A stretch of DNA of 64,000 bases, from the NCBI GenBank assembly GCA_009859145.1, contig VRVR01000031.1, positions 202,597 through 266,596 of the forward strand, in the 5' to 3' direction. Origin of the DNA: Andalucia godoyi And28. Taxonomy: Eukaryota > Protista > Jakobida. A program made the translations under genes and the position numbers. Shown here piece after piece: positions 58,182 through 64,000 of the stretch (position 1 is its first letter; each line of letters begins with the position of its first letter). Under the pieces are notes generated by a model. The model did not search any database. It was not told the origin of the DNA and saw nothing but the letters and a program-made list of their open reading frames with translations.

Positions 58182-59753
58182 ATGGATGACGACAGCTGGA
58201 ATTCCCAAAAGCTGCACAGCCTCGTCAAGCTCTGCTTCTCCTCTGCAGGCGGCATCTCCAGAACGGTCTACGATGTCAACAAGTTTCTGCACGAAGAATG
58301 CAGGAAACGAAGCTTGCAGCTGGAGTGGACGCTTGCGACGCTGAGTCATATTCTGGCGCAGTTGCAATCGTCTGAATTTCTCTGCTGTCTCAATGCAGAA
58401 CACAGCAAGTATGCAGTTGGCAAGGTCCCGCGATATGTCCTGAAGGAAGATGCCTCAAAGTTGGTCAGCGTGTCCAAGGGCGTGTTTATCCCTGCCGAAC
58501 AGTGCATCTTGCGAACTGCCCATGTGCAGTCCGTGTGCTTGTACCTCAAATCACTACCCATGACAAAAAAGAGCCTGAAGCAAATAATCCGTCTGTCAAA
58601 TTTTCGGTCGGAATTTTCGTTGCCTATCGAAGCAGACTCGGTTGTAACGAGACTGGTCGAGGACTCGTTGAAGTTGCTGTGTGCCAACGGCACAATCCAG
58701 TTTGACGGCCTTATGTACTGCTACGTTCCTCCGAAGAGAGCCCCTGCGTCCACAAACCAGCCCCTTGCTTCTTCAGCGAAATCTACAGCCAAGATGTCTC
58801 CGCAAAAGCGGTCAATGGCTGCAACTCCAAAGCGGAGTCCCAAAAAGATCATACCACCGAGATTAGGCTCCACAGAGCGCCATGAGAATCGTGTGGTGCC
58901 GCGGGATTCGTCGTCGACGTCTTCTCCTTCTTCGGGCGATGATTCATCTCATGGCGCACATCACTCAGATGACGAGAGCTACACATCGAGGACGTCTGAG
59001 AAGAAACGCCGCATTGGTGTCTTTATCCCTAGAAAAAGGCCCGTTGTCTTGCGAAACGGCAGATATGTCACAGCAGATGACAATATTCCCTCGCCGCCTG
59101 CGTCGAAGCGACCGATTCACCAGTTTATACCCATGACTGCTGACGACGTCCCGGAGCCTGAAGTCGATGATCTTGAATTTTCTCCAGGCGCGGATGATTT
59201 TGTTCCGGTCCCAATTGTGCATGCTGAAGAGGACTCTGGCTCATTGACCACTGACTATGAGCGTCTGAACATCTTCGACTTTCAGACCAACGCCTTTGAT
59301 GGTATTGCGGCTGCCTGTCCAGAATTTGTACCTGCCATTGAGGACCGGTCGTCTTTTTCCTCATCCCGCAGAGATTCGCTTTCGTCCAGCACAGTCTCTG
59401 TTTTACTATCCGTGCGAACATTTGCGAGAGTATCTGCAGACTTGCTGAAACACCAGCGGGCTCTTCGTCTGTCTGTCTCTGAACATTCGTTGAGTCTTGC
59501 AATGCGGCGCGCCTTCGGAGTCGACGCATTTACCGTGGAATGGGCCGCAGGAGATTACGGAGATGATGTTGCGGATGATTCTGCGTTTCCATCTGAAAAT
59601 GCGATTCCATGTGCGTTCGAGCGACTTGTCCGCCATCACTGCCCCAATGGTAGTCGTCTCCGGCCGATTGCTATCCGATCTCAATACGAGAAATTGTTCT
59701 CCAACTGTCCAGATATCGAAATTCCGGTGTCATTTTCTGTTTCTGCAAAATAG
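58182..59753 (+). CDS. Hypothetical protein with basic NLS-like motifs
   Basis: 523 aa; ordered N- and C-termini around a Ser/Pro/Lys-rich middle; no family recognised. Confidence 0.75.
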   Translation: MDDDSWNSQKLHSLVKLCFSSAGGISRTVYDVNKFLHEECRKRSLQLEWTLATLSHILAQLQSSEFLCCLNAEHSKYAVGKVPRYVLKEDASKLVSVSKGVFIPAEQCILRTAHVQSVCLYLKSLPMTKKSLKQIIRLSNFRSEFSLPIEADSVVTRLVEDSLKLLCANGTIQFDGLMYCYVPPKRAPASTNQPLASSAKSTAKMSPQKRSMAATPKRSPKKIIPPRLGSTERHENRVVPRDSSSTSSPSSGDDSSHGAHHSDDESYTSRTSEKKRRIGVFIPRKRPVVLRNGRYVTADDNIPSPPASKRPIHQFIPMTADDVPEPEVDDLEFSPGADDFVPVPIVHAEEDSGSLTTDYERLNIFDFQTNAFDGIAAACPEFVPAIEDRSSFSSSRRDSLSSSTVSVLLSVRTFARVSADLLKHQRALRLSVSEHSLSLAMRRAFGVDAFTVEWAAGDYGDDVADDSAFPSENAIPCAFERLVRHHCPNGSRLRPIAIRSQYEKLFSNCPDIEIPVSFSVSAK

Positions 59754-60272
59754 CTTCTTCTTCTTCCTCTTCTTCTTCCTCCTCTTCAGGACATTAGTAT
59801 GCTTATATGGTTCCACCGCCACAGTGTTTAAATTAAAAATATGAAAAAAGAATGAAAACGAAAAAGTGGAGAGCGGAGCGGCGGGGGAGTGCCGCGACAG
59901 CGATTTCGGACCATCCTGTTCAGACGCAAATTACAAGGTTCATCCGCGCAGCTCACGGGCCCGTCGAAACGCAGAATGTCGGATTTTGCGACTGCATGTT
60001 GTTATGCGTCTTTTGGAGTGGCACTGAATCGGGGCGCGTGAGTCGTGCGACATGTTTCCTTGCTCTTCCTGCTGCAGCTTTTGCGTGACTCCAGGACGTC
60101 CGAGCAGAACTCGAATGCTGCAGTGGTTGGATTTGAGAGTTGGAGACACCCGGAATTTCATTATTAGGGGTCGTTCTTCGCGTGCACCTTTCTTGGTCTT
60201 TTCGATTTTCCAGTTTGCAACCCTGGAAGATTTCATTGTGCAAAAGATCGAACTGCTGAACGTTGCACGAAT

Positions 60273-63200
60273 ATGCAAAGACAGTGGCAAATAGTTCATG
60301 GCAATGAATATGGACGGTGGCAAGAGAGTCCGAATTTGATAATAGGACGGCGTAGTCATTGTGCAGTTGTACGAAAGGACACCATATACGTGATTGGCGG
60401 GCTCATTCCTTCGACTGCTGGCGATTCTGTTGAGTGGATGAACATGTCTGCTGGTGTGGCAACACGGAAATGGTATTTCGGTCCGAAACTGAATGTCAAA
60501 CGTGCCTCAGCCGCCGCTGTGTTATGCAGAGGATCGATTTTCGCACTCGGTGGGTTCAGTCGAGGCGACAAATGGCTGGATTCCGTGGAGATGCTTGGCG
60601 CGGAAGAAGATGCTTTATGGGAGATGTATGATGCGCAATTGATTCGGGGTCGTGCTTTCCATTCTGCTGTCTCCTTGAATGATCAGTTGTTTGTTATTGG
60701 CGGTGCGTACGAACCAGAAATGATGCAGGGTTCCGTAGAAATGCTGAATTTCGAAGGAAGCCAGTGGATAGAAGCACACCCGATGCAGCAAGCACGACGC
60801 AACTTGGCGTGTGTGTCTTTCCCTTTTCGAGGCTGCATTTATGCAACTGGTGGAGTTGCTGCGGATGGAAGGAACCTGTCCACAGTCGAACGATATGATC
60901 CCAGGGAAGGAGCCTGGATTTCTGTAAGCGATATGGCGCGACCTCGAGCTCATCACTCTGCTGTCATTGTTCATGATTTGCTCTACGCAATGGGTGGTTT
61001 CAAAAGTGATGGAGCTATTGAAGTGTATGATCCGCGCATGAATCTGTGGTTTGATGGACCAAATTTGCCGTTTGACCGGACCGGCTTCGCTGCCGTGAAT
61101 GTCAGGTCTGGAATTATAACAACTGGCGGTCTGTGTGAGCAAGTACTGTCATCTACTGCGTATCTTCCTCTCATTCCCGCATCTTTGTGTTCCGTCAAAG
61201 CGACGTGTCGTGCTGTCGCGTCGGAGATTTCTTCCGCGGGTTTCGAACTTCAATCCGCGTCGTTGGAATTTCAGTGCGGTGATCGTCTCGTCCACACAGC
61301 TGTTTCCAATACAGATGCGCGGAAATCCTTGCATCAGCTCATTCGCGACTGCCGTCCTGTGGGGTTTCCAGCTGCTTCCGATTCGCAGTCGCCGATTCCG
61401 GTTAGCATTTCAAAAATTGACATTGACAAAGGAACAATGGTGAAGCCGTCGCGAATGCGGGTGCTTGTGGTCGGGAATGGGCGTGTCGGCAAAACAAGCC
61501 TTATCGGAAACTTGTCCTCTGGCGGTGTCGCGTTTCGTCATGACCAACCGTCAACCGAGGTTGCGGATGTGAGCACATTCGAAATCTCCATCAAGAAGCA
61601 CGAATGGAGGCCGCTCAAGTACGGAGCAACTTCCGTGCTGTCACACGTCATCCGCCAGAAACTAACAGAGCCTTTCGGGTCTGCGGAAACGGAAACGGAT
61701 GCGGCTTTGGCAGTCGGTCCAGCAACTGCATCCAGTAGTGCAGGGTCTGGCACTTCCAATTCGAAAGCCCGTAGCCGGAAGAGGCCACGGATTTCTCACG
61801 GCAAGCGTCCTGTTGCGAAACGGAGACCATCCGACGTCAACAACGCAGCAGCTTCAATCAACGATGTCCCGCCTTCTGCACACAGTGGCACGAGTACGGA
61901 TCGGCCGAGCGTGCGACGACGAGTCGATTCTGTGACGTGTTCTGAAGCAGTGGCGGTGACGGCAGAAACCTTGTCAGAGCTTGACAGAGATTCTTTGTCG
62001 CTCAGCGTGCTCGATTTTGCAGGTCAAGATGTGTTTCGTGTGTTTGATCCATTCTTTTTTGGAAAACAATGTTTGTACTTTTGCGTCTTCAGTTTTGCAA
62101 AGTTACACGCTGCGGATCTGAACAACTCTCTTGAGTTTGAGGTGGACAAGAGCATTCTATCTTGGTTGCGGCTCATTGACAGCGTGGGGTCGACCATTGG
62201 GAGTTCGCGGGATGGAGAGTCGCGTGTCATCTTGATTGGTACGCACTGTGCATCCTTCTCGTCACCTTCCCGAGAAGACTTTTTCTGCCGCGTCAACATA
62301 CTGCTCACCAAGTCCTGCGACGAAGGTCGGCAGCCGTTCAGGTCGTTCCGTGTGCAGACGTTTGATGAATGGCGATTCGTCAGAATTGAAAATGACCCTG
62401 CTTGTCGACAAACTCTCATGGAAGAAGGCAGCCAATTCGCATCACAAACAGTTTTGTGTGAAGCGATTTTGGACTTTCACAGAGCTTTGCCAAAAGTACT
62501 CCTGCAAAATCTGATTGTGGAGTCCGTCTTCCGAAATCATAACCTCGTGGTCGCCGACGTTGCGGACAGTTTCAGTACACTTGCTGATCTGAAGAGTGTT
62601 TGCTGTTCCGTCGATGACTTGAAGACCTGTTTGAAGGATCTTGTATCGCTCGGTTCGTTTTTCGCTCTGTCTGCTGACGCGTCGATGTTTGTCGTGAAAC
62701 CCGAGGTCTTCATCAAAGCGTGTGCTCAGATGATCCCGAACAAAATTCCGGACGCGGGACGTGGGCGTTTGCCGTTGCCGTTGCCGTTGCCGTTGCGCAT
62801 GGAGCAAATGCTTCATTTCGATTGTGACTTGTGGGAACGCCGCGGCATCTTGTTTCGAGATACCGCAGATCGGGTCATTTCTGACTACCTCACACCCGTC
62901 ATCGAAGATGCATGTGAGCGAGACTTGTGCGTGAAGCGGATATTCTCGATGCTGGAACAACTGGGCGTTGTGATTCCTATCGTCAGCAACGAGAGCAAGC
63001 ATCAGTACTTTTACCCGCAGTGGCATCAAAGTTCTGCCAGTCACCAATCTGGTGAGACTTCCGTCAAGTCAGTAGGTGAACTGTGGAACGTGCAGCTTTT
63101 GCACACCATGCCCGGCGCAAAACGATGCTCATTTGCAGTGCGATTTGTTGCTTCAGATTTTCCAGCAGGCTATGACTATGATGGTGTCATTACTGACAAC

Positions 63201-64000
63201 CATTTTTGGCGTTTTATTCATTTTCTTGGAAATGAGGTGTCGTTTCAGCCGCGGATATCTTCGGAGGATCCCCCCGTGACGACATCGGATGTTATCGTTG
63301 AGCGTCCGCGTCCAGATGCAAAGGAAAAGTGTCGCATTCGACAGATCCACGGATCAAACTCCCCGAGTTCCTGTTTTGTCTTTGACTGCGCCATTGTTGG
63401 AACGTCTGTTGAGGTGGATGGACCTTCATGGAGCGGCACGAACATGTACAACTTGGTTGCACGTTTTGTTGAAAAAGACCCGATGTCCGCACGGTTGAAA
63501 CCGATTCTGGGGTTTATGTTTGATAATGCGGTATTTGTTCCGAATACTCGCTTAGACGATGTCATTCAGCGCCTCTCTTCTGTAAGGTCCGACCTGAAAT
63601 CGCAAATCGACGAATACCAAGGACTGCAAGGAAATTGGAGGACGTATCACGACACCTGCGCCCCCAAAACGAAAGACAAGACGGGGGCTCGTGATATTTC
63701 AAACGCTCTCGATGATGCTGCGCGTCTTATTGGGGATGTATACACACCCTTCAGAAATCGGTTTGCAATGAAACTTGGAACACTCATTCCTAATCAGGAC
63801 GGAAAAGTACTGGCAACCGCTGTTGTGGAATTGGCATGCGAAAAGTCCTCTCGGACGTCTCTGTTGGCTGTTTGTAAGCACGACGGCAAGAGTTGCGCAG
63901 AAGTATGGAGAGAGCTCCTGGAATCTCCACACTTGCACACGCTGCGTCTCGGTGCGTTTGCAGCCGCAGTCCATGAAGCAGCCAGCGATTTGGACTTCCC
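60273..64000 (+). CDS. Kelch-repeat Roco protein (Kelch-Roc-COR), truncated by the right window edge; absent from ORF track
   Basis: Hand-read stop-free frame. Kelch IYVIGG, IFALGG, LFVIGG, IYATGG, LYAMGG; Roc GNGRVGKTS, DFAGQ, GTH; COR-like LKDLVSLG, MLEQLG. An upstream exon is possible. Confidence 0.85.
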   Translation, partial: MQRQWQIVHGNEYGRWQESPNLIIGRRSHCAVVRKDTIYVIGGLIPSTAGDSVEWMNMSAGVATRKWYFGPKLNVKRASAAAVLCRGSIFALGGFSRGDKWLDSVEMLGAEEDALWEMYDAQLIRGRAFHSAVSLNDQLFVIGGAYEPEMMQGSVEMLNFEGSQWIEAHPMQQARRNLACVSFPFRGCIYATGGVAADGRNLSTVERYDPREGAWISVSDMARPRAHHSAVIVHDLLYAMGGFKSDGAIEVYDPRMNLWFDGPNLPFDRTGFAAVNVRSGIITTGGLCEQVLSSTAYLPLIPASLCSVKATCRAVASEISSAGFELQSASLEFQCGDRLVHTAVSNTDARKSLHQLIRDCRPVGFPAASDSQSPIPVSISKIDIDKGTMVKPSRMRVLVVGNGRVGKTSLIGNLSSGGVAFRHDQPSTEVADVSTFEISIKKHEWRPLKYGATSVLSHVIRQKLTEPFGSAETETDAALAVGPATASSSAGSGTSNSKARSRKRPRISHGKRPVAKRRPSDVNNAAASINDVPPSAHSGTSTDRPSVRRRVDSVTCSEAVAVTAETLSELDRDSLSLSVLDFAGQDVFRVFDPFFFGKQCLYFCVFSFAKLHAADLNNSLEFEVDKSILSWLRLIDSVGSTIGSSRDGESRVILIGTHCASFSSPSREDFFCRVNILLTKSCDEGRQPFRSFRVQTFDEWRFVRIENDPACRQTLMEEGSQFASQTVLCEAILDFHRALPKVLLQNLIVESVFRNHNLVVADVADSFSTLADLKSVCCSVDDLKTCLKDLVSLGSFFALSADASMFVVKPEVFIKACAQMIPNKIPDAGRGRLPLPLPLPLRMEQMLHFDCDLWERRGILFRDTADRVISDYLTPVIEDACERDLCVKRIFSMLEQLGVVIPIVSNESKHQYFYPQWHQSSASHQSGETSVKSVGELWNVQLLHTMPGAKRCSFAVRFVASDFPAGYDYDGVITDNHFWRFIHFLGNEVSFQPRISSEDPPVTTSDVIVERPRPDAKEKCRIRQIHGSNSPSSCFVFDCAIVGTSVEVDGPSWSGTNMYNLVARFVEKDPMSARLKPILGFMFDNAVFVPNTRLDDVIQRLSSVRSDLKSQIDEYQGLQGNWRTYHDTCAPKTKDKTGARDISNALDDAARLIGDVYTPFRNRFAMKLGTLIPNQDGKVLATAVVELACEKSSRTSLLAVCKHDGKSCAEVWRELLESPHLHTLRLGAFAAAVHEAASDLDF

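Noticed and set aside
1-64000. tRNA, rRNA, CRISPR arrays, telomeric repeats, alternative genetic code, autonomous transposase/RT
   Set aside because: None seen by eye; TAA, TAG and TGA all terminate well-supported genes

Overview
Gene-dense, intron-poor eukaryotic nuclear DNA in the standard genetic code. GC-richer coding regions are separated by short AT-rich, microsatellite-laden spacers. About 30 protein genes are supported. Basal-body genes (OFD1-, CEP95-like) indicate a flagellated protist; the style fits a jakobid such as Andalucia, but that is inference only. Three well-supported GT-AG introns are 143, 144 and 145 nt. Two genes missing from the ORF track run off the window ends: an unknown ORF at <1..401 (-) and a Kelch-Roc-COR protein at 60273..>64000 (+). 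Main hunt results: (1) two dispersed, colinear, diverged copies of an unannotated element (about 2458-2709 and 35314-35812). Each is flanked by a direct repeat, and the minus strand folds into group II intron domain V-like and domain VI-like hairpins with a compensatory base change. (2) A complete CUL9/PARC-like DOC-cullin-RBR-Ariadne fusion in a protist. (3) A tandem GTP-cyclohydrolase-II-like + SIS fusion lacking the RibA Tyr105 equivalent. No rRNA, tRNA or CRISPR array was found.
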